NCBI GenBank assembly: GCA_045863335.1
Contig: BTVY01000007.1
Span: forward strand, 1 to 64,000
Direction of reading: 5' to 3'
Origin: Candidatus Hydrogenedentota bacterium
GTDB taxonomy: Bacteria; Hydrogenedentota; Hydrogenedentia; Hydrogenedentales; SLHB01
DNA: 64,000 bases
In this document: in pieces, positions 29,435-39,577 of the stretch
Position numbering within the stretch: the stretch's first letter is position 1
Layout of the letters: each line of letters begins with the position of its first letter
Translations under genes and position numbers: made by a program
The notes under the pieces: model-generated
What the model saw: the letters and a program-made list of their open reading frames with translations, nothing else
Database searches by the model: none
Told to the model about the DNA's origin: nothing

Positions 29435-30511
29435 TTACGGCTGGCGCGTCCGGATCACGATGCGGTCGTGGGTGACCTGATACCCGTAGTTGGGCACCAG
29501 CCATTGCCGGACCAGCAGGTTCAACGCGGTCCGAACTTTTACGTTCACCATGACAGCGGGGTTCACAGGCAGTTCTTCCAACCCCTCTTCGGCAACGACG
29601 GTCACGCCCAATTGCCGCGTCAGGGAGTTGAGCACTTGGCCCAAGTCCGTTGGATGCTGCTGCATTTCCAGCGGCTGCCCTGGAGTCGGCGCTTGAGGCA
29701 GGATGACCGACACGGTCCGGTTCAGCAGCGCTTCCTGTTCGCTATCCAGCGCGTTCGTGTTCAGCAAGGCATCGGCCGGGCTCGTGTTGTTCGGATTGTA
29801 GAGAAACACGTACTCGTCAGTGCTGTCCACGGCGAAGGCATGTACGCGCGCGGACTTCAGGATTGCTTCCAGTGCCGCCTCGAAGGGCACCTGCTGTAGC
29901 GCCAATTCGCCGCATCGTGCATCGGCGACGGAGTTGTCCGCGACGATGGTCCGGTCGAGGGCATAGCCCATCCACGCGAAGACTGTGTACAAACGGAGCC
30001 CGGAGCCAAACGTCACATCCGTCGTATCGAGGCTGAAGCCGGGCGAGAGCTTTCCAGCGAGCGACACGTCCACGAGCGGTTCGTAACCGGGAAGAAAAAG
30101 GAAGTAGTAGTTCGGCGTCTCCTGCACCGCCAGGCCGGCCGCCGCCGCGAGGCTGGTTGCCACTTCGGACAACTCGGCGCGCTTGAAATTCTCTGGTGCT
30201 ATGGGTCGCGGCTCGGCGCCCGCCATGAGCACCAGGTTACCGCCGTGCGCCTCGCCCACAGCGCGAACCGCGTCGCCGAGATTCGTCGCCGTAATGTCGG
30301 CCGTCACCGGCGACTCCATGGGCGACTTCTCGTTCTTGCGTTTACCGGTCTCTTCAGGTTTCTGAGTGGGGTTGTAGATGATCTTTCCCGAACCGGTCTC
30401 TTGTGACCCTTCGGCGGTCTCCGTCGGCTCAGTCTTGCCGGTAGACGCGCAGGAAAGGATTTGTACAATCGCAATGGAGGCCAATAGGCAGGCGACAGGT
30501 GTGCGCTTCAT
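29435..30511 (-). CDS. lipoprotein with tandem STN/secretin-N0-like domains
   Basis: ILSC lipobox-like; three alpha/beta units ending NYYFL, EYVFL and DRIVI; VPFEAALEAIL. Confidence 0.55.
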   Translation of the reverse strand: MKRTPVACLLASIAIVQILSCASTGKTEPTETAEGSQETGSGKIIYNPTQKPEETGKRKNEKSPMESPVTADITATNLGDAVRAVGEAHGGNLVLMAGAEPRPIAPENFKRAELSEVATSLAAAAGLAVQETPNYYFLFLPGYEPLVDVSLAGKLSPGFSLDTTDVTFGSGLRLYTVFAWMGYALDRTIVADNSVADARCGELALQQVPFEAALEAILKSARVHAFAVDSTDEYVFLYNPNNTSPADALLNTNALDSEQEALLNRTVSVILPQAPTPGQPLEMQQHPTDLGQVLNSLTRQLGVTVVAEEGLEELPVNPAVMVNVKVRTALNLLVRQWLVPNYGYQVTHDRIVIRTRQP

Positions 30512-30653
30512 GAAATGAATCCCCGCGTTCGATTTCGATACCCTTCCGCCTACTATACCTGCACGGCCGGGCAGAGTTCCTTCAAACAGGATCGCCCCAC
30601 GTAAACCCTTACAGAACGCCCTTTTAGAGCCTCCCTAAAAACTTTTGTTGTTT

Positions 30654-30718
30654 TGTCGCGCCGGCGCCCCCGCCTGCTGTCTTGGGGTTAATTCGCTGGC
30701 GGGGACGCCTGCGCTACA
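30654..30718. repeat. REP-like inverted repeat
   Basis: TGTCGCGCCGGCGCCCCCGCC ... GGCGGGGACGCCTGCGCTACA. Confidence 0.6.
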
Positions 30719-30746
30719 TATGATTTCGCTGTTCTTGTGGGAGACT

Positions 30747-31349
30747 CTAAGCCGGGTGATAGGTCTTGTCCACGGGCGACCGCTGACACCGGGGACACAC
30801 AAAAGTCCCGTCCTTCGTGCGGCCGCGCGTGGCCAGCATGGTGCACGCGTAGCAGACGACCGCGTGGCACTTGGAGCAAACCAGACCGTAGTCTGGCTGC
30901 AAGGCGGGCGCTTCGTTCAACCGGCCGTCGTAAGTGCCCTCGGGCCACGGCGGCGTCCGCAAGGGCTTTCCGCAATCCATGCATCGGGTACTGGTGGTGT
31001 GCGGCGAGTACAGGTTGACGCCCACCCACTCGATGCGATTGCGCTCCAGGACATAGCAATGGGACGCCTCGCAATAGGGACACACGTATTCCGCCAGTTT
31101 TTGGCCCGTCAGGTCGGGCCGAACCCTGACTACCAGAGCGATTTCCGGTTTCGATAGTTCGACCAAATCCGCCTTTGCGATGACGAGCGGCTTGTTGCAG
31201 GAGGAGCAGGAATGTTCCAGGGCGCCGCCGGACGTGCGCGGGCGGCGGTTACCCCCCATTTCCCGGGCGCTCAGCGCGTACCACACGACGAGACCCGAGC
31301 CTGCCGCAAAAAGTGCGGTGCATACCAACAGAACCATTGACTCAGCCAT
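30747..31349 (-). CDS. membrane-anchored multi-CxxC (zinc-finger-like) protein
   Basis: N-terminal TM helix; CSSC, CPYC, CMDC, CSKC, CYAC, CPRC. Confidence 0.72.
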   Translation of the reverse strand: MAESMVLLVCTALFAAGSGLVVWYALSAREMGGNRRPRTSGGALEHSCSSCNKPLVIAKADLVELSKPEIALVVRVRPDLTGQKLAEYVCPYCEASHCYVLERNRIEWVGVNLYSPHTTSTRCMDCGKPLRTPPWPEGTYDGRLNEAPALQPDYGLVCSKCHAVVCYACTMLATRGRTKDGTFVCPRCQRSPVDKTYHPA

Positions 31350-31436
31350 GCCGCTAGTTCCTTACGCTCACCTGGAACGTCCCCCGCGGCGAAAGGGCGA
31401 CTTGCGGGAGACGACGACGCATCTTATACTACTTTT

Positions 31437-31988
31437 ATGATTCTACTTACAGTACTTGTCGCATCGGCCATCGCAGGGCAGCTCAGTCCGCCTCAGGAAG
31501 GCGCCCACTACAAGGTCTTCACCAAGGACGGCGGCGAACACTATGCGCTCTGCGAAAAGGTTCAAGGCGATGTGTGGATTTTTCAACTTATCGGTCCGGA
31601 CGGCGTCGACACGCGCGTCTTTCCGCGCGACAAGATCCAGGACTACGAAGCGGTGACGGAAGACGAGATCCAGCAGCACATCGATGCGGCCCGAACCGCC
31701 CGGGGCGAGGTGAAGACCGCGTCAGGTTGGGTTGCGAAGGACGTATACGACCTCGCGCAAGGGGCGCGGGAAGCAGCGCAGGCACAACTGGAACAGTTTC
31801 AGAATAGCGACGACGACGCGGCACTGGTCGCGCAGTTGCGCGAGCGTTCACAGTCCGATACCGCCGAGGCCCCCAGCGCCCTGTCCCTGTGGGGTCCTCA
31901 AATTGCGTTGATCGCAGGGGCCCTGGTGCTGATCGGAATCATCGTGAAGCTGGTAATCCTCGGCGGCGAACCCGCCGCGGAAGGCTAG
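31437..31988 (+). CDS. hypothetical exported protein with C-terminal TM anchor
   Basis: Signal peptide; C-terminal IALIAGALVLIGIIVKLVIL. Confidence 0.7.
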   Translation: MILLTVLVASAIAGQLSPPQEGAHYKVFTKDGGEHYALCEKVQGDVWIFQLIGPDGVDTRVFPRDKIQDYEAVTEDEIQQHIDAARTARGEVKTASGWVAKDVYDLAQGAREAAQAQLEQFQNSDDDAALVAQLRERSQSDTAEAPSALSLWGPQIALIAGALVLIGIIVKLVILGGEPAAEG

Positions 31989-32310
31989 CGCCATTCCAAA
32001 CGCGCTCAGGCCGGGCCTTCCAGAAGTATGATTGTCAATCCCAGCACCTGCAATACCCAAGCCGGGCAACGATGAGTTCACTGTCCCCTCGAGCGAAGCA
32101 CGTTCCTATCCCCGGTCCACTCACCCGCGGAATTCGAAACCGGAACTCCGTCGCAGGCGAGACGTATATTCGCAAGCGCAACGCTGAGACGCAGACCACG
32201 GCTCCCCACCCAGACAGTCCCTCCCCCATACACACTCGCAAGGCTCAACGCCATCCGAGCCTCTGTTTATAGGGGCGCGTTGGGCTTCCCGCGGTCCGAT
32301 GGAAAATCCG

Positions 32311-33768
32311 TCACGTCCTCATCGCGGCAATAAGTTCGTTCAACGACACGCTGGCGATTGCCGTAGCTTTGTCGCTCATCGCGTAGGGCAGAATGAGTTC
32401 GTCCCCGTGCAGCATTGAGCCGCAGCTATAGACGACGTTGGGAACATACCCGTCGCGCTCGTCGCCGTTGGGACTGAGGAGCGGGTCGCGAAGGCGCCCA
32501 ACGACCTTGGTGGGATCGTCGAGATCCAGCAGGGCAGCGCCGATGCAGTACTTCCGCATCGGGCCCACGCCATGGGTAATGACCAGCCAGCCGGCGTCTG
32601 TCTCGATGGGGGAACCGCAATTCCCCACCTTTACGGTTTCCCAGGCCTCTTCCGGCCGAAGAAGAACTTGCGGATTGCTCCAAAAGTGGGGGTTGTCCGA
32701 AAACATGATCAAGAGGTTTTCGTCATCCTGACGGGAGAGCATCGCGTAGAGACCGTTGATGCGTCTGGGGAAGAGGGCCATGCCTTTGTTCTGCACGGCG
32801 TCGCCGTTCAGCGTCAGCACACGGAAGTGAAGAAAGTCCCGGGTCTCAATGAGCTGTGGAAGGATGGCACGTCCGTTATAGGCGGTGTAGGTTGCATAAT
32901 ACGTGACCGCACCGTCATCATCGACGAAGCGGACGAAGCGTGCGTCCTCGATGCCGTTGCTTTCGTTTGCGGAGACCGGAAAGATGATGCGCTCGCTTAG
33001 CGCCAGGTTGGATGAGAACTGCAATTCGTAGTTGGAATCCGCCAACCATTGCATGCACTCCAGCGTGCGTTGCAGATCGAACGTGCTGGTCAACGTGTCA
33101 TGCCGGATCTGTGCGACGCTATTGACCAAATCGCTGCGGGTAAACGCGTCCGCGAGAGGCCCTGTCACCGCCGAGGTGCAGTCATTGTCAAATCCCATTT
33201 CGTGCAGCTTGATGATGAAGTCCTTCTTCCGGTACCGGGGGTTGGGAACCACTTCGGGCACGGTGACAAAACGCGAGACCGGGTCCATTCCAATGCAGCC
33301 GTCGGGCAAGATCGTTCCTACCCGAAACTCGATGGAGGAGATGTGCCCTTCGCCAGTGGCGCGCAGGCTCATGATAAAACGGAGGCACCCATTAGGCACG
33401 CCGCTTTGATCGGGGTGCGACACGATGGAAGGATTGAACAGGGCTGCGGATTCCAGCGCGTATTCACCGGAGAACAGCGCGCCGATAAGCAGTTGCCGTG
33501 CCCGCGATAGCGTTTCCGGGGCGGCAACGTGGTGTTGCACCTTCGTATAATGATCCAAGAGCAGCGCTTCAATGTCGAAATGCCGGGAATCGAATTCATC
33601 ATGCACCGCACGCAATTCCTTCTCGGCCTCTTCCTCGGTCCGGGCAAGGGCACGGCCAATGATCGCGGCAATACGCTCGGGATCATTGGGGACGAATGGG
33701 CGGATGATGACCCGGGCGCTCTCCGGAAGAAGCGTGACCTCGTGACGGCGCATGCGGATCGTGGTCAT
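32311..33768 (-). CDS. GH130 family glycoside phosphorylase/hydrolase
   Basis: ALFNPS, GEGHISSI, GIEDAR, YTAYNG, GYVPNVVYSCG. Confidence 0.9.
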   Translation of the reverse strand: MTTIRMRRHEVTLLPESARVIIRPFVPNDPERIAAIIGRALARTEEEAEKELRAVHDEFDSRHFDIEALLLDHYTKVQHHVAAPETLSRARQLLIGALFSGEYALESAALFNPSIVSHPDQSGVPNGCLRFIMSLRATGEGHISSIEFRVGTILPDGCIGMDPVSRFVTVPEVVPNPRYRKKDFIIKLHEMGFDNDCTSAVTGPLADAFTRSDLVNSVAQIRHDTLTSTFDLQRTLECMQWLADSNYELQFSSNLALSERIIFPVSANESNGIEDARFVRFVDDDGAVTYYATYTAYNGRAILPQLIETRDFLHFRVLTLNGDAVQNKGMALFPRRINGLYAMLSRQDDENLLIMFSDNPHFWSNPQVLLRPEEAWETVKVGNCGSPIETDAGWLVITHGVGPMRKYCIGAALLDLDDPTKVVGRLRDPLLSPNGDERDGYVPNVVYSCGSMLHGDELILPYAMSDKATAIASVSLNELIAAMRT

Positions 33769-36038
33769 GCGAGATCCGGCAGCGGGTGTTCCGCGCGATT
33801 CATCTCAGCCAGTGCCAAATGGAAGGCGAGTGACGATTCCGCTCCTTGGTTCTCGTTGACGCGATCGCAGTGCAACCCATCGCCGCAGCCGCCAGTGCCG
33901 GAATCATAAATCGGGAGACCGAGATCGTTCCGCCCTAGAAACCATTCGAACGCACGCCGGGCCTCGATCAACCAGGAGGAATCCTTCGTGGCGCGAAAGG
34001 CTTCCAGGGAGGCGCAAACCATGGCCTGGGCCTCGACAGGCTGTTGATCGAAGTCGGCGCGCGCACCATCGCGTACATAAAATCCGTTGCTGCCGATGGG
34101 TCTGAAATGGCCTGCTTGAGTCTTTTGCAGCGAGGCCAGCCAGCGGAGGGACTTCAACCCGATTTCCACGGCTTCAGTATGGGCCATACGCATACCGCTC
34201 AGAATCAGGGCTTGGCAAAGGCGGGCGTTGTCGTACGTGGCACTCGCTTCAAACCATGGCCAGTTTTCGGTGGCGCAGCTTTTCCAGAGCGTCACGAGGT
34301 GGCCGGCAAGCGTTTGGCGGACAGCTCTGGCTTCCAGACTATCCGGACACCTCCGAATGTACTCATCAATCCCAAGCAACGTGAACGACCAAGCGCGCGG
34401 CGAGGTGAATGACGTTGCGGCGCTCAATCCACGTTCGAAGAGTTGCGCCGATAACCGGCCCCGGCCCTCGTTTCGAGACCGCGCCGATCCGACACCCAAC
34501 GCCCAAAGCGCGCGGCCGTGGCTGTCCTCGCTGCCGGCATCCTCCAGCCATTGCCGGCCATGGCTCATAAAGTTCCGGAATCGCCCCGTATCGCGATTCA
34601 AGGCAGACGCGAGAAACGCGAGATACGTGGTAGTGAAGCCATTGAGATTCTCTTCGAGAGGCTCGCCGCCTAGTTCATCAAGGAGATTGCATAAGATGAA
34701 CGCCCTGGCATTGTCATCGGTGCAGTAGCCATGGTGAAAGTCCGGAACATTGAAAATCGCATGTTGAAAGATACCGGTGTTGTCACTCATGTGGACGATG
34801 TGATCCAGCCGCAACGGAGGGAGATCGTAAGGACGGCTGGCGAGTGTCCAATTTGCAAAGGCGGTGCGTGGGGTCGCCTGGCGATCCGCACGCGCATGTT
34901 GGAACGACTCCAGATAGCGTTGGGCCACTGCAGACCAGATCATCTCACGCCCGCGCCGATAGGCCTCTTCTCGCGTACTCTCCAGAAGATCGGGACGGTT
35001 GAGAAACTCGCACACGCCGGCGGCGATGGCGGGTGGGTCGCGAAAAGGAACGAGTATGCCGCGTCCTTCCGCAAGCAGTTCCTGTGCATGCCAGTACGGA
35101 GTGGAAACCACCGCCTTGCCCGCGCCGAACACATACGCCAAGGTTCCGGACGTGATTTGTCCCTCGTTAAGATAGGGCGTGATGTAAATGTCCGTTGCGC
35201 CGATGAATTCGGTCAGGTCGTCGAGCGACACAAAACGGTTGTGAAAAATCAGGTGTTCTTTTACACCGCGCTCCTCTGCCAGTCTTTCCAGACTTAGCCG
35301 ATAACGCTCCCCCTCGCGCGCCAAAAGATTTGGATGTGTCGCACCCAGCACCAGATAAACCACATTCGGATGAGCCTGAACGATTTCGGGTAATGCTTCG
35401 ATGACGTATTCAATACCCTTGCCAGGGCCAAGCAGGCCGAAGGTCAGTAAGACAATTCGTCCCTCGACGCCGAACTGCTCCTTGAACGAGCGGGAATCCG
35501 CGAACGGAACATCGGGGATACCGTGGTGAATGATATCCAGTTTGGTATCCGGCACCGCGTACGTATCGCGCAGAATCTCCGCGCCCTTCTGCGCCATCAC
35601 GACCACGCGGTCGCTGCGTTGCACCAACTCGTTCATGACCGTCCGTTGCGCGGCATTCGGCTCGCGAAGAACCGTGTGCAACGTGGTGACCACAGGCATG
35701 CGGACTTCTTTAAGGAGCGCCAACACGTGACTTCCCGCAGGTCCGCCGTAGATGCCGAACTCATGCTGCACGCACAGTACGTCCGCATTGTTGAAGTTCA
35801 GGAAATCCGCTGCCCGGCGATAGGAGTCCAAATCCTTTTCCAGCAATTCAAAACGTACGCGGGATGGATACTCATAACCGTCTACCCGGTCGTTCACCGC
35901 ACCCGCATAACATTGCGCCGCCGGAACCGCCCCCGCCACGGCTTCGCAGAGATCGTGGGTGAAGGTCGCAATTCCGCACAGGCGTGGCACGTAGTTTCCG
36001 AGGAATGCGATGCGCATTGGCGGGGCCAGGTGACCCAC
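33765..36038 (-). CDS. GT4 glycosyltransferase with C-terminal helical (hydrolase-like) domain
   Basis: PRLCGIATF, QHEFGIYGG, KGIEY, SGTLAY; C-domain YCTDDNARA, FDQQPVE, NQGAES; start uncertain (36071/36038/36017). Confidence 0.9.
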   Translation of the reverse strand: MGHLAPPMRIAFLGNYVPRLCGIATFTHDLCEAVAGAVPAAQCYAGAVNDRVDGYEYPSRVRFELLEKDLDSYRRAADFLNFNNADVLCVQHEFGIYGGPAGSHVLALLKEVRMPVVTTLHTVLREPNAAQRTVMNELVQRSDRVVVMAQKGAEILRDTYAVPDTKLDIIHHGIPDVPFADSRSFKEQFGVEGRIVLLTFGLLGPGKGIEYVIEALPEIVQAHPNVVYLVLGATHPNLLAREGERYRLSLERLAEERGVKEHLIFHNRFVSLDDLTEFIGATDIYITPYLNEGQITSGTLAYVFGAGKAVVSTPYWHAQELLAEGRGILVPFRDPPAIAAGVCEFLNRPDLLESTREEAYRRGREMIWSAVAQRYLESFQHARADRQATPRTAFANWTLASRPYDLPPLRLDHIVHMSDNTGIFQHAIFNVPDFHHGYCTDDNARAFILCNLLDELGGEPLEENLNGFTTTYLAFLASALNRDTGRFRNFMSHGRQWLEDAGSEDSHGRALWALGVGSARSRNEGRGRLSAQLFERGLSAATSFTSPRAWSFTLLGIDEYIRRCPDSLEARAVRQTLAGHLVTLWKSCATENWPWFEASATYDNARLCQALILSGMRMAHTEAVEIGLKSLRWLASLQKTQAGHFRPIGSNGFYVRDGARADFDQQPVEAQAMVCASLEAFRATKDSSWLIEARRAFEWFLGRNDLGLPIYDSGTGGCGDGLHCDRVNENQGAESSLAFHLALAEMNRAEHPLPDLA

Positions 36039-36198
36039 GGTTTTCCTTTCCGGTGCCGCGCGGGAACGCAAGATACCGTTCAGCGTTCTCGTACGATTCC
36101 AACTACAGGTTCGGTGTAATCCTTACAAGCCTGCCGTCACTTCCGCGTGACGGTAGTCTCAGGTCCAAGTCGGAGTTTGTTCTCCAGACACACCCATT

Positions 36199-36645
36199 CT
36201 ACGGCTGAAAACGATGCTCGTAATAGTCGTCGTTTAATTTACCCACAAGATCCCGGGAATCCGAAAGATCGGCTTCCAGGAGTTCTCGCCAGGAAACGAA
36301 TCCCCGAAATTGGTGATGTTCATCCTTGACGACCAACTGGCCAAGCCGTTTGTCGACCATGATTGCCTTCGCGACCTCATAGCGTTCGTCCATGGAGATC
36401 CAGTATGCCGGTGACGTCATTGCGTCCCGGACTTTGGTCGAATTCAGGTCGAGTCCCTGGCGCACAATCCGCCGCAACAGATCGCGTTCCGAAAAGACTC
36501 CGACAACCTTGTCGCCGTCACAAACGGCGACCGCACGCACTTCGCCGTCGTACATGTAATCAATCACTTGCCGAATCGTTCGGTCGAGATTCACCGAGTA
36601 CTTCTCCCGATCTTCGCCGACAAGTTCACGTATCGTCATAGACAT
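36199..36645 (-). CDS. CBS domain protein
   Basis: VVGVFSERDLLRRIV, KVRDAMT, GFVSWRELL. Confidence 0.85.
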   Translation of the reverse strand: MSMTIRELVGEDREKYSVNLDRTIRQVIDYMYDGEVRAVAVCDGDKVVGVFSERDLLRRIVRQGLDLNSTKVRDAMTSPAYWISMDERYEVAKAIMVDKRLGQLVVKDEHHQFRGFVSWRELLEADLSDSRDLVGKLNDDYYEHRFQP

Positions 36646-36771
36646 TGTTCTTGCTCCAATTGCGCAGCGGTTGTCGCCGGATGGGGATATCGCTTGTCAC
36701 AATTCCCGCTACCATGCAAAGTCAGATGCCGGAAAATTGGTGAAACGTATTGTTTTCGATCTCGAGAATTC

Positions 36772-36897
36772 CTATTTGAGGAGTCCGGCTGAAGGCTTCT
36801 TCTCGTGTTTTTCTTCCTTGCGCTTCTTTGAATCCGCGTCCTTTACCGCTTTCTGTTTTCGGTTTTTGTCCTTGTCTTTCTGGCTCTTGTCACCCAA
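36772..36897 (-). CDS. small lysine-rich protein (41 aa)
   Basis: GGAGG 6 nt before a TTG start; MGDKSQKDKDKNRKQKAVKDADSKKRKEEKHEKKPSAGLLK; below the ORF-track size cutoff. Confidence 0.6.
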   Translation of the reverse strand: MGDKSQKDKDKNRKQKAVKDADSKKRKEEKHEKKPSAGLLK

Positions 36898-37430
36898 TGG
36901 AAACCTCCCTCATTGTATCGGCTAAGACCAGCCAAACCGTTGAAAAAGTTCAAATCGTGGACCGGGTCCGGTCGTCATTTGCGCCGCGCGAATAGGCGCG
37001 CATTGTCTTTCGCACAGAATTCGAGAGGAATAAATGAGGCAGTCAGATAGGAAAGAAAACGGTACCTGCTCTACCGGGAGCTTCGACCCATATTCGTTAC
37101 TATACGCCAATGAGGCGAAGATATCCATCCCAGAGCGGAACTTGTCCGGTTACATTGTGGCGCCGCACGATGTCGTCGTCTCGAGTCGACCAGCGTTAGG
37201 GTGATAACATCGTCCGCTGTTCCCGTCATCGGCCCGTCACGGGTCCACACTGACGACCGGGGGAGTCTCTGGAAATAAGGTGGAAATCACTACTGTCCCA
37301 ACGTTTTTAATTTGGCATTTGTAGATATTTGGAATAAAAAGACTTGGAACGCAAAACTCGTTTTTCGATTTTGAGCCGGAGAAGTCAATCTGGCCATCCT
37401 TGCAGATTCACACGCGAGGAGGCACAGTAT

Positions 37431-37500
37431 GGAAATAGAGGGACTGGAAATAGAGGGACGAAATAGAGGGACGGGACGAAATAGAGCGAAATAGAGGGAC
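37431..37500 (+). repeat. GAAATAGAGGGAC direct repeats
   Basis: Five GAAATAGAG copies, four followed by GGAC, adjacent to the transposase remnant. Confidence 0.85.
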
Positions 37501-37503
37501 AGA

Positions 37504-37793
37504 CTACGAATTACCCGCCTCTCCGCCGGCTTCCTTTGCGCGTTTGCGCTTACGGCCTCGTTTGGCCGGACGGGGGAGGGGCCGAGCAGGTTCTCCAGTT
37601 GGACCACGAATCACGCCTTTGGCGTGACGCAAGGGCGGCCCGTGTTGGTCTGGCGGCGAATGCGATCGACGGCATCGGGGTCCTCCTCCACACGAAGCCA
37701 CTCCGCCCAGTCCCCAATGACGCCGGGCGGGGGGAACTCCTTCAATAGTAGCGTATCGGTCGCCAAACCGCAATGGGCTCGCGCAAAAACCAC
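37504..37793 (-). pseudogene. C-terminal remnant of a REP-associated tyrosine transposase (RAYT, IS200-like)
   Basis: ARAHCG..DWAEWL..EDPDAVDRIRRQTNTGRP, in-frame stop, FVVQLENLLG, then a frameshifted RPAKRGRKRK tail; no N-terminal HUH domain. Confidence 0.7.
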
Positions 37794-37857
37794 GGGCTGC
37801 TAGTGTAGTGAATTCGAGATTCGTTTCGCTTTTTTGTCCCGGTATCTGAGGGAACAT

Positions 37858-37889
37858 CCCCCTAAATCCCCCTTCAAAGGGGGACTTTT
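37858..37889. repeat. short palindromic repeat
   Basis: TCCCCCTTCAAAGGGGGA hairpin preceded by CCCCCTAAA. Confidence 0.5.
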
Positions 37890-37939
37890 AGCGACACGTC
37901 ACACAATATCTTTGAGAAGGGAATTTCGGGTTCAGGACA

Positions 37940-39577
37940 CTACCCCTTCACCGATTCGACTTTGTAGGCGTGTACGGGTTCTTCCTTGCCTTTGAGCATG
38001 ACGGTGCCAATCGGCGTGACCTGGACGCGGTCGTGGATGAGGCTGTAGGTTCCTTCCGACACGATCACCTGGCCCGGTTCGGCGAGTGAGCAGAGGCGGC
38101 GCGCCGTGTTCACCTTATCCCCCACCACGGTGAACTCCATGCGGTCGGGCGATCCGATGTACCCCGCAACCGCTTCTCCGGTGGCGACGCCAATTCCCAG
38201 TTCGAAGAGAGGACGCCCCTGCTGTTTGCGGCGTTCGTTCAGTTCCGCGTTCTTGATCTGGATGGCAATGGCGGCCTTCACGGCGCGGTACGCGTCGTCC
38301 CCCGTGCTGAGGGGCGACCCGAAGACCGCCATGATCTCGTCGCCGATGTACTTGTCGAGCGTCCCTTCCAACTCGAAGATGATTGCCGTCATCGCGGTGA
38401 AATGCTCGTTGAGCATATCGACCAGTTCCGTCGGCGATATCCGCTCCGCGATGGGCGTGAACCCGCGAACGTCGCAGAACAGGGTGGTCACAATCCGCTT
38501 GCGGCCGCCCAGTTCGAGGACGGTGTCCTCCTTCATGATCTCTTCCACGATAGAAGGCGACAGGAAGCGGCCGAGGCTCGCGCGCTTCTTTTCCGATTCC
38601 ACCATGCGCTCGTAGAGCTGAACGTTCTCGATCGCCATGGCGGACTGAGCGGCCAGCGATGCGAATAATTCAAGATCCTCCTCGTCGAACGTATGCGTTG
38701 GATCCCGCGTATCGACGTAGATAGAGCCGAGAATCCGGTCCTCCACCTTCAGCGGCACGCACATGGCGCTGCAAATCTGCTGGCGGATGATGCTCTCCCG
38801 GCCGCCGAACTCACCGTCCCGCTCGCGGTTCGCCATGAGCACCGGTTCACCGTCCCGCGCGGCGCGCCCGGCGATCCCCATGCTCGGCGAACTGGCTTGA
38901 AGCTCCTGCCCCATCTGGCGCGCCACGCTGACCTTCAGTCCGTCGCCAGAGTCTCCCTTCAACATGATGAACCCGCGCTGGGCGTTCATCACCTCGATGG
39001 CCGTATCCAACACCGACGAGAGCCGGTTGTGGAGATCGAACTCCGACGCGATCGATTTGGTCGCCTTATACAGCGCGTCGAGCCGGCGGAAGGCGCGCCC
39101 CATTTTGACCAAGTCTTCCTGGGACACGGCGGGCGCTTGCGCAGTGGTGGGCGTCGGCGTCTTGGCTTGCATGCCGATGAGAGTCATGCTGTTCCCGACG
39201 CTCTCCATTTCCGCGCGGATCTTGTCCAGATCCTGCACCAATGGTGAGTCTTCTGCCTTAGCGGACACCGGCGGCGCATCGGCGTCCGCCTGGAACAGAA
39301 TCCGGCATTTGCTGCCCAGCCAGATCTCATCCTTGTCCGCCAACACCCGCTCAACCACGCGCTGACGGTTGACGTACGTGCCATTCAGACTGCTGAGGTC
39401 GTAGAGGACCACATGCGCCCCGCGGCGGACGATCTTGGCATGGTGGCGCGATACCTCATCGGCGACGAGCGCGACGTCGTTGTCCTCCGCGCGCCCAAGA
39501 TGGATGGTATCTTTGGAAAGGGGCACCGTAATCGGCGCAACACCCGGTTGTTCGATAATGGCTTTCGACATTCCCAC
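37940..39577 (-). CDS. FHA-GAF-adenylate cyclase (class III)
   Basis: FHA (LGR, VSRHHA, SLNGTYVN), GAF (AMCVPL, FDEEDL), cyclase (FCDVRGFT, DKYIGD, TVVGDKVNTARRL). Confidence 0.92.
   Translation of the reverse strand: MGMSKAIIEQPGVAPITVPLSKDTIHLGRAEDNDVALVADEVSRHHAKIVRRGAHVVLYDLSSLNGTYVNRQRVVERVLADKDEIWLGSKCRILFQADADAPPVSAKAEDSPLVQDLDKIRAEMESVGNSMTLIGMQAKTPTPTTAQAPAVSQEDLVKMGRAFRRLDALYKATKSIASEFDLHNRLSSVLDTAIEVMNAQRGFIMLKGDSGDGLKVSVARQMGQELQASSPSMGIAGRAARDGEPVLMANRERDGEFGGRESIIRQQICSAMCVPLKVEDRILGSIYVDTRDPTHTFDEEDLELFASLAAQSAMAIENVQLYERMVESEKKRASLGRFLSPSIVEEIMKEDTVLELGGRKRIVTTLFCDVRGFTPIAERISPTELVDMLNEHFTAMTAIIFELEGTLDKYIGDEIMAVFGSPLSTGDDAYRAVKAAIAIQIKNAELNERRKQQGRPLFELGIGVATGEAVAGYIGSPDRMEFTVVGDKVNTARRLCSLAEPGQVIVSEGTYSLIHDRVQVTPIGTVMLKGKEEPVHAYKVESVKG

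Noticed and set aside
31990-32310. Possible tRNA or ncRNA at the islet edge
   Set aside because: No cloverleaf, T-loop/CCA arrangement or known RNA motif could be identified by eye
36922-37400. AT-richer stretch with short ORFs
   Set aside because: No convincing RBS or motif; probably regulatory or decayed sequence
37431-37500. Possible CRISPR array or iterons
   Set aside because: 13-bp repeats with 0-5 nt gaps next to a transposase remnant; no cas or rep gene
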